A stretch of DNA of 64,000 nucleotides, from NCBI GenBank assembly GCA_943789445.1, contig CALSUC010000001.1:468758-532757 (forward strand), written 5' to 3'. The notes under the pieces were generated by a model. The model ran no database searches, was not told the DNA's origin, and was given only the letters and a program-made list of their open reading frames with translations. This stretch comes from an uncultured Gammaproteobacteria bacterium. GTDB lineage: Bacteria; Pseudomonadota; Gammaproteobacteria; UBA4575. Positions 25,785-38,036 of the stretch are shown piece by piece. Made by a program: the position numbers and the translations under genes. How positions within the stretch are numbered: the stretch's first letter is position 1; each line of letters opens with the position of its first letter.

Positions 25785-28124
25785 CTAAGTTTTATCCGAC
25801 TCAGATGAGCTTTTTTTCTTCGCTCGGGTCTTCTTTTTAGCCCCAGTTTTCTTTTTAGCTCTTGGCTTGTCTTCTTCAGACGATTTGCTGCCTTTAGCAC
25901 CATCTTTTTTTGTTCGCTTAGGTCGCTGTTGCAATTCACTTTGATTAGCGAGTGTGAGGTCAATCTTGCGCTCGTCTAAATCAACGCGGGCGATAATGAC
26001 ATCGACCTTGTCACCTAGGCGATAGCGCTTACCGCTGACGTCACCAACAAGGGTGAAGCGGACTGGATCAAAACTATAATAGTCATCACGTAACCCGCTG
26101 ATATGGAGTAGGCCTTCGATATACATATCGCCTAACTCAATAAATAAACCAAATGCGGTAACACTGGTAATGGTGCCGATGAACTGCTGGCCTAATTTGT
26201 CTTGTGCATACTCACACTTCAACCAATTCATTGCGTCACGCGTTGCTTCATCAGCACGGCGCTCAGTCATGGAGCAGTGTTCACCAAGCTTAATCAGCTC
26301 ATCAGGTGTGTAAGTAAAGCTAGCCTTATCTTTTTTCTGCAGAATGTGGCTGATTGCACGATGCACCACGAGATCAGGGTAACGTCGAATAGGTGATGTG
26401 AAATGAGCGTAGTAATCGAGCGATAGTCCAAAGTGTCCAACATTCTCTGGGGTGTAGATAGCCTGCTTCAGAGAACGTAACAAAACGGTCTCAAGCCAGC
26501 TATCGTCTGGGCGCCGACTGATATCGATGAGTAGCTTGGCATAGTCTGCGGGTGTTGGCTGATCATCGCCACCCAGTGTTAGGCCGAGTAGTTTTAATAG
26601 AGCACGTAGTTCTTCTATTTTTGTCTCTGCTGGGCCTTCATGCACACGATAGAGTGCTGGAAACTTATGCTTGCTGAGGAAGCGAGCTGCAGCAACGTTG
26701 GCTGTGATCATGCATTCTTCAATAATACGGTGCGCATCATTACGGATATAAGGATAGACGCGTTCAATCTTTTGATCTGGGCCAAAATCAATCTTGGTCT
26801 CAGTGGTATTAAACTCGATCGCACCGCGTTGTGTGCGTGCACCTAAGAAGGCTTTATAGAGTAGATAGAGATTATCTAGATCAGAGCAAAGCTCACCAAT
26901 ATTTTCACGTGCTTCACGTTCACCACTGCAGATAGCTGCAGCCACTTCGGTGTAGGTTAAGCGTGCATGCGATTGAATGACTGCTTTATAGAAGCGATGT
27001 GCACCCAGTTCACCCTTTGCCGAGATCTGCATTTCACAGACGAGAGATAGTCGAGGGATTTTGGGTTTCAGTGAGCAGAGACCGTTCGATAGATGCTCAG
27101 GCAACATAGGGATGACACGGCTAGGAAAATAAACAGAAGTGCCACGCCATTGAGCTTCGTCGTCTAAGCTTGTTTTAGGTTCAACATAAAAGGCAACATC
27201 GGCGATGGCTACATACAGCTTCCAGCCGTCTTTGGTCTCTTCGCAATACACCGCATCGTCATAGTCTTTGGCGTCCTCGCCATCAATAGTGACAAAGTGT
27301 AGATCACGTAGGTCTTCTCGCTGTGGCAGCTGATCAGTGATTGATGATTCACTAAAGGCATCGACTTCAGCCAGGACTTCTTCGTTGAATTGAGAGGGGA
27401 GATTGTGGCTGCGGATGGCGATATCGATCTCCATGCCGGGGCCCATATGCTCACCTAATACTTCTGCTATTTCACCGATTGGATGGCTGCGTTTGGTCGG
27501 TTGTTCGACAATTTTGGTGCAGACGATCTGTCCTGGCTGTGCTTTAAACTTCAGCTCTTTCGGAATAACAATGTCTTGATGTAAGCGTTTGTTATCTGGG
27601 CGTACAAAGCAGACGCCACTTTCTTCATGATAACGTCCAATAATTTCTTTATTATGGTGTTCTAAGACTTCTAACAACATGCCTTCTCTGCGGCCATCAC
27701 GCTTTACATTAGTGACGCGGACACTGGCACGATCGCCATCCCATGTGCCACGCATCTGTTGTGGTGAGAGAAAGATATCTGAAGCACCACTTTCATCAGG
27801 GTGCAGGAAGCCAAAGCCATCGCTATGGCCGATAATTTTGCCGCTGACTACCTCGGCCTTTGCCGCTGAGGTATAACCACCACGCCGATGGCGAATCAGT
27901 TGCCCATCACGTTCCATAGCGCGCATACGGCGTTCTAGTGAAACCTGATCACGCTCATTGTCCACCTGCAAACCGACGCAGACTTCTTCGATAGAGGTCA
28001 TTGCTTCGTTTTTGGAGACAAATTCTAGGATTAATTCGCGACTTGCAATGGGATGTTCGTATTTTGCGGCCTCTCGTTCGGCATGAGGGTCGCTTGCCTG
28101 CCGTGGCTTTTGGTCTTCAGACAT
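25785..28124 (-). CDS. rnr: ribonuclease R
   Basis: DPHAEREAAKYEHPIASRE, FVTIDGEDAKDYDDA, HFTSPIRRYPDL, S1 domain, Lys-rich tail. Confidence 0.97.
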   Translation of the reverse strand: MSEDQKPRQASDPHAEREAAKYEHPIASRELILEFVSKNEAMTSIEEVCVGLQVDNERDQVSLERRMRAMERDGQLIRHRRGGYTSAAKAEVVSGKIIGHSDGFGFLHPDESGASDIFLSPQQMRGTWDGDRASVRVTNVKRDGRREGMLLEVLEHHNKEIIGRYHEESGVCFVRPDNKRLHQDIVIPKELKFKAQPGQIVCTKIVEQPTKRSHPIGEIAEVLGEHMGPGMEIDIAIRSHNLPSQFNEEVLAEVDAFSESSITDQLPQREDLRDLHFVTIDGEDAKDYDDAVYCEETKDGWKLYVAIADVAFYVEPKTSLDDEAQWRGTSVYFPSRVIPMLPEHLSNGLCSLKPKIPRLSLVCEMQISAKGELGAHRFYKAVIQSHARLTYTEVAAAICSGEREARENIGELCSDLDNLYLLYKAFLGARTQRGAIEFNTTETKIDFGPDQKIERVYPYIRNDAHRIIEECMITANVAAARFLSKHKFPALYRVHEGPAETKIEELRALLKLLGLTLGGDDQPTPADYAKLLIDISRRPDDSWLETVLLRSLKQAIYTPENVGHFGLSLDYYAHFTSPIRRYPDLVVHRAISHILQKKDKASFTYTPDELIKLGEHCSMTERRADEATRDAMNWLKCEYAQDKLGQQFIGTITSVTAFGLFIELGDMYIEGLLHISGLRDDYYSFDPVRFTLVGDVSGKRYRLGDKVDVIIARVDLDERKIDLTLANQSELQQRPKRTKKDGAKGSKSSEEDKPRAKKKTGAKKKTRAKKKSSSESDKT

Positions 28125-28211
28125 GTATTGGCTATAAGCTCTTTAAGTGTTTTATTCGAATATGTAGCCTACATAGTAACCGTTTTGTGGGGGTAGTGAT
28201 ACGTACCTTAA

Positions 28212-28240
28212 TTGACATCGGTCAGCAGCCTAGCTACATT
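28212..28240 (+). promoter_or_regulatory. sigma70 promoter of tRNA-Leu
   Basis: TTGACA (28212-28217), 17 nt, TACATT (28235-28240). Confidence 0.75.
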
Positions 28241-28266
28241 TCGCTCTCTTATATATTCCAGTACTT

Positions 28267-28353
28267 GCCGAAGTGGCGGAATTGGTAGACGCGCTAGCTT
28301 CAGGTGCTAGTGGGGGTAACCCCGTGGAGGTTCAAGTCCTCTCTTCGGCACCA
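28267..28353 (+). tRNA. tRNA-Leu(CAG)
   Basis: GCCGAAG acceptor stem, anticodon arm CTAGC-TTCAGGT-GCTAG, long variable arm, GGTTCAAGT, CCA. Confidence 0.97.
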
Positions 28354-28402
28354 TGCTGTTATATGTTTTTCTTATCGTTATTGTTCTCTTTTAATAGTGT
28401 CT

Positions 28403-30559
28403 CTAGAAATTAAATGCAGCGGTTAAAGAAGCCTGCCCAACATGTGTCTTTTTATAGGGTGATTGCTGAACGCTTAGGCTGACATCAATAGCCTGTTTAT
28501 GGCTAAGCATGAGACGACCCTTGGCAGCTAGAAATCCTGCCAATCTTCGCTCAGCCTTTAATTTGAAACTCTCTTTCTCATAGTAAATCTGTTTGTTTTT
28601 AGTGATGCCCTTGGCGACTAATAAACTGATCTCACCATTTGTGAAATGACCAGGGTCATATAGACCTAAAGCGATCTTGATCGTCTTATGTTTTATTTCT
28701 AAGCCACTGCTGAATTGCATTAAGTTTGCCTTCTTCAAACCCCATTGCTGTGTGCTGGCATGATGAGTACTTAGCTGGCTATAAGTCGTGCGTAGGAAGA
28801 ATAGGGTGCTTGGACTAAAGCGCTGCTGCAGGCCCAGTTCAATATTTTGAATCTGTTGTTGATTCTGCTCATAGGCCTTGCTGACACCAAGATTCAAATT
28901 ATGTTTGCTGCTGCTTAGACTGGTGAGTAAATGCGTATCTTTGTTTTGCCAGAGTAGATTGAAGCCAAAGCCGGTAACTTTGGTTTGTGTATTTTTAGTG
29001 AACTGCATAAAGGGTCGTAAGCTAAGAGATTCACCCTGATAAAACGGCATTTCAATCTGATCATGTAACTGATTAGGAATAAAACTGGGTTGTATTAAAA
29101 GACCAGAAAGATCTCCCCAGAAGTTCGCACTGGCAAGATTCATAGCACGTGCAGAGGAGCTGAAATAGACAGGATAGGCAGTACTTCCTAATGAGTGGCT
29201 TTGGCTGTAGTGGCCAAAGTCTGTGGCAAAGTCCGTGCCTTTATTTTGACTGGGGCTGTAGGCGATCAATGCCATAGTGCCTTCCGCTTTGCTAGCAAAG
29301 ACATCACTGCCTTTACGCATAAACTGCGCGCCATCAAAGCGATCAAACATGGCGACATCAAGATTGGCAACCCAATGACTAAAGGCCTGGCCAAAACCAT
29401 TGGGAAGGCGTAGGGCAGCAGCTGACGGTTGATCGGTTGAACCATCAGCCGTATAAAATAGGCTGCCAATAGGACTGACTGCGGCTTCTGCATTAACTAG
29501 GCCATGACCAAAAATAGCGCGCATGGCACTCTCACCACAGCTGGCTAAGGTACAGCCAAAATAACCGGTAAGACCGTCTAAGCTAGCCGTTGCTTTAACT
29601 CGGCTGACAACTTCACTTGCGGATAGGCTGGGAAAATGTCCAGTCACTAGGGCTAATACGCCACTGACATGTGGTGCCGCCATTGATGTGCCACTTTTTT
29701 CTGTATGGCCGCCACCTGTTTGGGCTGAACGAATGTTGTTGCCCGGCGCGGCTAGGCAAAAGTCTGCTGCGACGCCACAGCGATTAGTGAATCCAGTTTC
29801 TTTAAGATCAGTGTCGATTGCCATCACGGCCAGAAACTGGGCAGCGAGCTCATTGATATAGTAGGGTAACCCGGCTTCTTTGCTGACCTGATCTTGATAA
29901 TCATTATTTGCAGCAAAGACAAAGATAGTGCCGTTTTCTTGAGCGCTACGCATGGCCGCTATGGATAAAGCATCTGTGGTTCTTAATGTCGCCTCATCAT
30001 AATTTAAAATATTAGTAGAGGAGCCCCAGCTGTTATTAGAGATCTGGATGTTATCGCTGACATGCTGTTGGTATACCGATGCTCGGCCAGCATCAGTATT
30101 CAGGGCAGTTAATGAACCAGCATCGTTGGCTATGCGGTATGAGTAAAGCTGGGCGGCATAAGCCACGCCACGCATACCATAATTATTCTTTCGGGCTGCA
30201 ATAATCCCCGCAACATGAGTGCCATGGCCATGATCATCTGTCCCATAGCCACCACTGCTGCTGGCAAAATCACTACCTAAGATAGTGCGTTGATTGAATT
30301 CAGTATGACTACTATCGATACCTGAATCGACTACTGCTATACGAATATTTTCTCCAGTTGCACTGGCAAGATTTGCGTTTGCAGCATCGATATTATTGAG
30401 CCCATCTTGAGCTAGATATTCAGCCTGGTCGTTGACGTAGTTAATGCAGCTGACGCTGAGACAAAGATCAACATCGACATTGTCGCCACCTCCACCTCCG
30501 CCCCCACATCCAATGGTTAACATAGACGTGACGACACCTAGGGTGATTCCTTTCACCAT
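28403..30559 (-). CDS. subtilisin-family (S8) serine protease lipoprotein with a probable C-terminal beta-barrel (NalP/SphB1-like architecture)
   Basis: Lipobox LTIG-C then Gly7; triad VVDSG, HGTHVAG, GTSMAAPHV; C-terminal beta-strand-like region ending AAFNF. Confidence 0.85.
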   Translation of the reverse strand: MVKGITLGVVTSMLTIGCGGGGGGGDNVDVDLCLSVSCINYVNDQAEYLAQDGLNNIDAANANLASATGENIRIAVVDSGIDSSHTEFNQRTILGSDFASSSGGYGTDDHGHGTHVAGIIAARKNNYGMRGVAYAAQLYSYRIANDAGSLTALNTDAGRASVYQQHVSDNIQISNNSWGSSTNILNYDEATLRTTDALSIAAMRSAQENGTIFVFAANNDYQDQVSKEAGLPYYINELAAQFLAVMAIDTDLKETGFTNRCGVAADFCLAAPGNNIRSAQTGGGHTEKSGTSMAAPHVSGVLALVTGHFPSLSASEVVSRVKATASLDGLTGYFGCTLASCGESAMRAIFGHGLVNAEAAVSPIGSLFYTADGSTDQPSAAALRLPNGFGQAFSHWVANLDVAMFDRFDGAQFMRKGSDVFASKAEGTMALIAYSPSQNKGTDFATDFGHYSQSHSLGSTAYPVYFSSSARAMNLASANFWGDLSGLLIQPSFIPNQLHDQIEMPFYQGESLSLRPFMQFTKNTQTKVTGFGFNLLWQNKDTHLLTSLSSSKHNLNLGVSKAYEQNQQQIQNIELGLQQRFSPSTLFFLRTTYSQLSTHHASTQQWGLKKANLMQFSSGLEIKHKTIKIALGLYDPGHFTNGEISLLVAKGITKNKQIYYEKESFKLKAERRLAGFLAAKGRLMLSHKQAIDVSLSVQQSPYKKTHVGQASLTAAFNF

Positions 30560-30807
30560 GATTGCTCTCCTTGCTCCGTTACTCTAGACGCTATCCACAA
30601 TGTATCTGGGGCGTATATGAAGGAACTTCCTGTCCCTTAGAGTTAGGCGGTTTGGTCCGCCTAAGAAGAACGTTAAAACGATTTGATAGGGTTTGTATCG
30701 GGGTGGTAGAAGGAGTGAATATAATAAATATAAATTATATTAATTCAGTATAATTATTCTATTTAACAAATTAATGAGAGGGGGTAATGCTGTAAAAACA
30801 GAAGAAC

Positions 30808-31605
30808 TTAACGGCGAGTGTGATTTTTTTCAGCAAAAGGAAGTGCAAATAACCCACCCAAACTATTGCAGTCTGGCTCTGAGTAAGCCGGGCCAAGCCC
30901 TAACTTGAAATGTTCGCTTAATGGCTGTGATTGAAAACTATAGAACAATCGATCCCAAACACTGAAGAGACTGCCGTAGTTGCTATCTGTTTCCTGTTGC
31001 CGATCAGAATGGTGTAGCCGATGCATGTGAGGTGTCACAACGATATAGCGTAGTACACGATCTAAAGATGCTGGGATACGTAGATTACTGTGATGGAACA
31101 ATATAACGGGCAGGGCAACAATCTCATAGATAATGAGATGCTCGATGCTGAGGCCAAATACTAGGATAAGTGGGATTCTTGTTAACCCTGAAAGCAGAAT
31201 CTCACCGGTATGAAAGCGCACAGCGCTACTGGCATCCATCTCGCTGTCACAATGGTGTGCCCGATGAAAGCGCCATAAGACTGGAATTTGATGATTCATG
31301 CGATGCCATAGGTATTGCCATAGATCGATGATAATAAGTGCAACGACAATGCTCACACTAGTGTTTAGTTCTAAGTGATGGAGTAGACCAAACTGGCGTA
31401 TATCTGCCCAGTGTTCAGCACTTTCGAGTAGGGTAAACAGGAGCATGAGGCTAATAATTGCATTGAATAGGCCTAATGCAATATTACGCAGCGAATGACT
31501 TAGGTGGTGTTTGCGTGAGGCAAAATAAGGGAATAGCTGCTCGCTAAAATAGAGCAAACTGAAGATGCCGATAACTAAGAAAAACTTAATAGTCTCTAGT
31601 GTCAT
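30808..31605 (-). CDS. sterol desaturase / fatty-acid hydroxylase family protein
   Basis: His boxes YLWHRMNH, WRFHRAHH, PHMHRLHH; NYGSLFSVWDRLF. Confidence 0.9.
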   Translation of the reverse strand: MTLETIKFFLVIGIFSLLYFSEQLFPYFASRKHHLSHSLRNIALGLFNAIISLMLLFTLLESAEHWADIRQFGLLHHLELNTSVSIVVALIIIDLWQYLWHRMNHQIPVLWRFHRAHHCDSEMDASSAVRFHTGEILLSGLTRIPLILVFGLSIEHLIIYEIVALPVILFHHSNLRIPASLDRVLRYIVVTPHMHRLHHSDRQQETDSNYGSLFSVWDRLFYSFQSQPLSEHFKLGLGPAYSEPDCNSLGGLFALPFAEKNHTRR

Positions 31606-31637
31606 CGGCTTACTATAGATCTAAAGGTTTATGGACG

Positions 31638-34108
<2,471 letters not shown>

Positions 34109-34123
34109 GGCAGTAGCTTCAGT

Positions 34124-34315
34124 TTAACGATTAACTAACAGCCGTAAGAATAACACGGCTAGGGTCATGCTCACTAACCCTAATCAGCGAATTTTTGTAT
34201 CTAGTAGTGAACTTATCTGTTGATAGGCCGCGGCTAGCGATTTTGGCGAGAATGCTGGCAACAGGCCTTCGAATAGGAATACGAAGGCGACTGCTGCTAA
34301 CAAGGGATCAAACAG
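34124..34315 (-). pseudogene. yjeT: DUF2065/YjeT-like small membrane protein remnant with an internal TGA and no ATG
   Basis: 64-codon frame LFDPLLAAVAFVFLFEGLLPAFSPK...KIR*LGLVSMTLAVLFLRLLVNR*; EGLLP and R.LGL.SM signatures; expected position after hflC. Confidence 0.75.
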
Positions 34316-34333
34316 AGATGTAAGACCTAGGTA

Positions 34334-35194
34334 TTATTTGCCAGATTGATTGAAGTAACGGAAGAACTGAGAGTCTGGTTTTAACACCAAAACATCATTC
34401 TTACTGTTAAACGTACGTTTATACGCGCTCAAGCTCTTAGTTAATGTATAGAACTCTTCGTCTGCACCGTAGGCCCGTGCATAGATATCGGCCGCTGTTG
34501 CATCACCTTCACCACGTAACTGCTCAGATCGTTTGTAGGCATCTGCCAGAGTAATTTGACGTTGGCGATCGGCAGCAGCTCGAATACGCTCCGCTGATTC
34601 ACGTCCACGAGCACGAAAGTCTTTTGCTACACGGTCACGTTCGGCACGCATACGCTCATAAACTGAATCACTAATGTCTTCAGTGTAGTCGATACGGCTA
34701 ACACGTAAGTCAACGATCTCAATACCAAGTTCTTTTGAGATTTCGTTGGTTTTGCGCACTAGTGCATTCATGATTTCTGAACGTTCACCGGAGACAGCTT
34801 CTTTAATAGTTCGCGCAGCAATCACATCACGTAATTCATCTTTTGTGATTTGGCTTAGACGGCTATTGGCACGAGCTTCTATACCACCAGTGGCAACGAA
34901 ATAGTCACGCACATTATCGATACGCCATTTGACGAAGAAATCGACATAGACATATTTCTTTTCACTGGTCGGAAATAAATCAGGCTTCACATCCAGCGTT
35001 AGGATACGAGAGTCGAAATATTTCACATCGTTGACGATCGGTAGTTTGAAGTGCAAGCCAGGCTGAATATCTGCCTGAATGATCTCACCAAACTTCAATA
35101 GGATCGCACGTTGCGTTTCATTTACAGTGTAAACGCAGCTACTGTAGACAATAATGCTGACAGCAATAAGGGCAGCAATGATTTTAGTGATCAT
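34334..35194 (-). CDS. hflC: FtsH modulator HflC (true start 35194)
   Basis: PGLHFKLP, SVYERMRAERDRVA..FRARG, YARAYG.D.EFY. Confidence 0.96.
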   Translation of the reverse strand: MITKIIAALIAVSIIVYSSCVYTVNETQRAILLKFGEIIQADIQPGLHFKLPIVNDVKYFDSRILTLDVKPDLFPTSEKKYVYVDFFVKWRIDNVRDYFVATGGIEARANSRLSQITKDELRDVIAARTIKEAVSGERSEIMNALVRKTNEISKELGIEIVDLRVSRIDYTEDISDSVYERMRAERDRVAKDFRARGRESAERIRAAADRQRQITLADAYKRSEQLRGEGDATAADIYARAYGADEEFYTLTKSLSAYKRTFNSKNDVLVLKPDSQFFRYFNQSGK

Positions 35195-35195
35195 A

Positions 35196-36338
35196 TTAGC
35201 GATTCTCCCTGCCGCGTGTTGGGCGTTGTGGTATCTCTGATGAGTTGGATGAACCGAAGCTAGATGAAGTATTAGCTGCACCAGTGCTGTCTGAGCGTGT
35301 TGGTGCGTTCTGGATTAATTTATCCAATGGCAAATACATTAGGTTATTACCACCTTCAACATCCAACATGATCTTCGTGCTGTTGCTGAAGACCGCTTCA
35401 GTTGCTTCAAGATAGAGACGTTCGCGTGTGATGCTTGGTGCCTTCTTGTACTCAGTGAGTAATGCTGAAAAACGTTCAGACTCACCTTCAGCGGTAGCAA
35501 CAATGGCTTCTTTGTAACCTGTTGCTTCCTCAGTGATGCGTGCTGCCTCACCTCGAGCCTGTGGCACGATGGTATTAGCGTAGGCTTCTGCTTCCTGAAT
35601 GTAACGCTCCAAATCCTCACGTGATTTAATCACGTCATCAAAGGCGTTCTGTACCGGACTAGGGGGCTGTGTCTTCTCTAAGTTGAGTGAGGTGATCTCG
35701 ATACCAGCGTCGTAGCGGTCCAGGATCTCCTGCATCAGTTTTTTAGTACTAGAAGAAATAACCTCTAGGCCTTCATATAAGACAAAGTCTACTTTGCTCT
35801 TACCGACGATCTCGCGAATCGCGCTTTCCATCGCCTGCTTTAGTGTGGTTTCTGGCCCACGCAAGTTGAATAAGTAGCCTGGTGCATCTTTCACTCGATA
35901 CTGTGCACCGAGAATGATCTCTACGATATTCTCATCCTGCGTTAGCATAGTGGTTTGATGTTTGGCACTCCGTACTCGCTGTGTGTCGACTATAAATAGC
36001 GACTGCACTGGGAAAGGTACATGCCAGTGTAGACCGGGACTAGTAGTCTCTTTGTATTTGCCAAATTGTAGGATGACGCCGGCTTCGCCTTCTGTCACCT
36101 TGTAGACGCCTGACATGGCCCAAACGATAGCAATAATAAAAATTGCGATCAGACCTATGCTAGACGAACCGTTAGATGGACCTGAAGATGAGTTAGAACC
36201 ACTGCCGGAACCGCCAAAGAGGCCTCCAAACTTACGTCCTAACTTTTGAAAGACTTCATCGAGATCCGGTGGCCCTTGATTATTGGATTTACGATTCCAA
36301 GGGTCATCGTTGTTGTTACCTGGGGTGTTCCAGGGCAT
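35196..36338 (-). CDS. hflK: FtsH modulator HflK
   Basis: MPWNTPG, GPPDLDEVF, MLTQDENIV, EYKKAP.ITRERLYLE. Confidence 0.97.
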   Translation of the reverse strand: MPWNTPGNNNDDPWNRKSNNQGPPDLDEVFQKLGRKFGGLFGGSGSGSNSSSGPSNGSSSIGLIAIFIIAIVWAMSGVYKVTEGEAGVILQFGKYKETTSPGLHWHVPFPVQSLFIVDTQRVRSAKHQTTMLTQDENIVEIILGAQYRVKDAPGYLFNLRGPETTLKQAMESAIREIVGKSKVDFVLYEGLEVISSSTKKLMQEILDRYDAGIEITSLNLEKTQPPSPVQNAFDDVIKSREDLERYIQEAEAYANTIVPQARGEAARITEEATGYKEAIVATAEGESERFSALLTEYKKAPSITRERLYLEATEAVFSNSTKIMLDVEGGNNLMYLPLDKLIQNAPTRSDSTGAANTSSSFGSSNSSEIPQRPTRGRENR

Positions 36339-36373
36339 GTTGACTCCGCAGTGAGTTTAAATAAATGTTGGCG

Positions 36374-37693
36374 CTATTCTATATCACTCTTCAGCAAAAT
36401 TTCAGCATTCTCTTGTTCATGCTCTGTAGTGGTCTCTTTCACCAGATAGTCTGTGAAGCGTGACATAAGCTCTACGCTTATACGTGCCTCAATCTGCCAA
36501 AACCCTTCAGGATCAAAGGTTTCCTCCAATATTGAATGATGTTCATGCAGTAAAGCACGCAGATCACCCTGTGCTGGCGGTAGCTGTAGGCTTACGATTT
36601 TATGACTTTCACTAAAAAATTGGACCATTGCAGAGTGCAGTAATGGCAAACCATCGCTCTCTAGGGCCGAAACCCAGATGCGATTGATACGATTATCATC
36701 ACCCATGTCGATATGCGGCATTTGATTAATCTGGTCGATTTTGTTGTAGACCAAGATCTGTGGGCAGTTCTCTGCATTGATCATTTCCAGCACCGTATTA
36801 ACTTCGCGAATATGCTCATTTCGCTGAGGGTTGGAAGCATCGACAACATGCAGTAGTAAATCAGCCTCAACCGTCTCTTGTAGAGTGGCGTGGAAGGCCT
36901 CGACCAAATCATGGGGTAAATCCTGGATGAAACCTACCGTATCAGCGAGGATGATTTCATCGAAGCCCTCGAGCTGTAAGCGGCGTAGGGTTGGATCCAA
37001 GGTGGCGAATAGCTGATCGGCCTGATACACCTCACTATCGGTAAGGGTATTAAATAGCGTCGACTTACCTGCATTGGTATAGCCTACTAGCGCAACGGTT
37101 GGGATTGGCTTTTTCCTGCGTGCTTGGCGACCTTGATTCCGTTGTGAACGGACTTTGGCCAAACGCTTTTCTAAAGATTTAACCCGGACTGCGAGCAAAC
37201 GACGGTCGGTTTCCAGCTGAGTTTCCCCCGGGCCACGCATACCAATACCACCTTTTTGCCGTTCTAGGTGAGTCCAACCACGTACCAGACGCGTAGAAAT
37301 ATATCTAAGTTGAGCGAGCTCGACCTGTAGCTTGCCTTCATAAGAGCGCGCACGTTGTGCGAAAATATCAAGGATTAGGCCGGTACGATCGAGCACACGG
37401 CAGTGGCAGGCACTCTCGATATTGCGTTCTTGGCTAGGCGAGAGGGCATGATTGAATAATAGTAATTCAATCCCTTCTGCCTCTACCCGTTCAGCGAGCT
37501 CTTCGAGCTTGCCGCCACCGATAAGAAAGCGAGATTCTGGTTTGGCACGCGAATAAAGCACGATATCGATGATATCGGCACCAGCTGATTTGGCTAATAG
37601 CCTAAATTCTTCCGTATCGGCGGGGTCAGGACTGCGGCCAAATGCGGGGTGAACTAAGAGAGCGCTTTCGCCACTCTTGGGACGTTCAAACAC
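36374..37693 (-). CDS. hflX: ribosome rescue GTPase HflX
   Basis: LDIFAQRARSYEGKLQVELAQL, GPGETQLETDRR, GYTNAGKST, DTVGFI. Confidence 0.97.
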   Translation of the reverse strand: MFERPKSGESALLVHPAFGRSPDPADTEEFRLLAKSAGADIIDIVLYSRAKPESRFLIGGGKLEELAERVEAEGIELLLFNHALSPSQERNIESACHCRVLDRTGLILDIFAQRARSYEGKLQVELAQLRYISTRLVRGWTHLERQKGGIGMRGPGETQLETDRRLLAVRVKSLEKRLAKVRSQRNQGRQARRKKPIPTVALVGYTNAGKSTLFNTLTDSEVYQADQLFATLDPTLRRLQLEGFDEIILADTVGFIQDLPHDLVEAFHATLQETVEADLLLHVVDASNPQRNEHIREVNTVLEMINAENCPQILVYNKIDQINQMPHIDMGDDNRINRIWVSALESDGLPLLHSAMVQFFSESHKIVSLQLPPAQGDLRALLHEHHSILEETFDPEGFWQIEARISVELMSRFTDYLVKETTTEHEQENAEILLKSDIE

Positions 37694-37724
37694 TTAATGC
37701 TTGCTCCTGCTACTACAAAACAAG

Positions 37725-37958
37725 CTATTCAACGTCATCAGCAAATGGGATGTTCACTACTTCTGTCGGCACGATAGTTGAAATCGCATGTTTATAGACC
37801 ATCTGGTTGACGGTATTTTTAAGCACAATGACGAATTGATCGAAAGAATCGATCTGTCCCTGCAGCTTAATACCATTAACAAGATAGATGGCGACAGGAA
37901 TCTTTTTTTTTCGTAATGCGTTTAAGAAGGGTTCTTGTAAAGTTTGACCTTTTGACAT
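37725..37958 (-). CDS. hfq: RNA chaperone Hfq
   Basis: [33 protein letters not shown]. Confidence 0.98.
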   Translation of the reverse strand: MSKGQTLQEPFLNALRKKKIPVAIYLVNGIKLQGQIDSFDQFVIVLKNTVNQMVYKHAISTIVPTEVVNIPFADDVE

Positions 37959-38036
37959 TAGGTTTTCACTCTTAATGTTAATTGTTGTTAGATCGCCCTA
38001 CGCTAATTCCCCAACGAGCGAGAGCTGAAGATTATT

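Noticed and set aside
30242-30254. 13-nt exact match (CCCATAGCCACCA) to the tRNA-Met 3' end, a possible attR
   Set aside because: It lies inside the intact S8 coding sequence, essential ribosomal genes and dnaB lie between the two copies, and there is no integrase; most likely chance
34184-34186. TGA in yjeT as evidence of an alternative genetic code
   Set aside because: Intact genes in the window (ychF, dnaB, cmoA) end in TGA and use TGG for Trp
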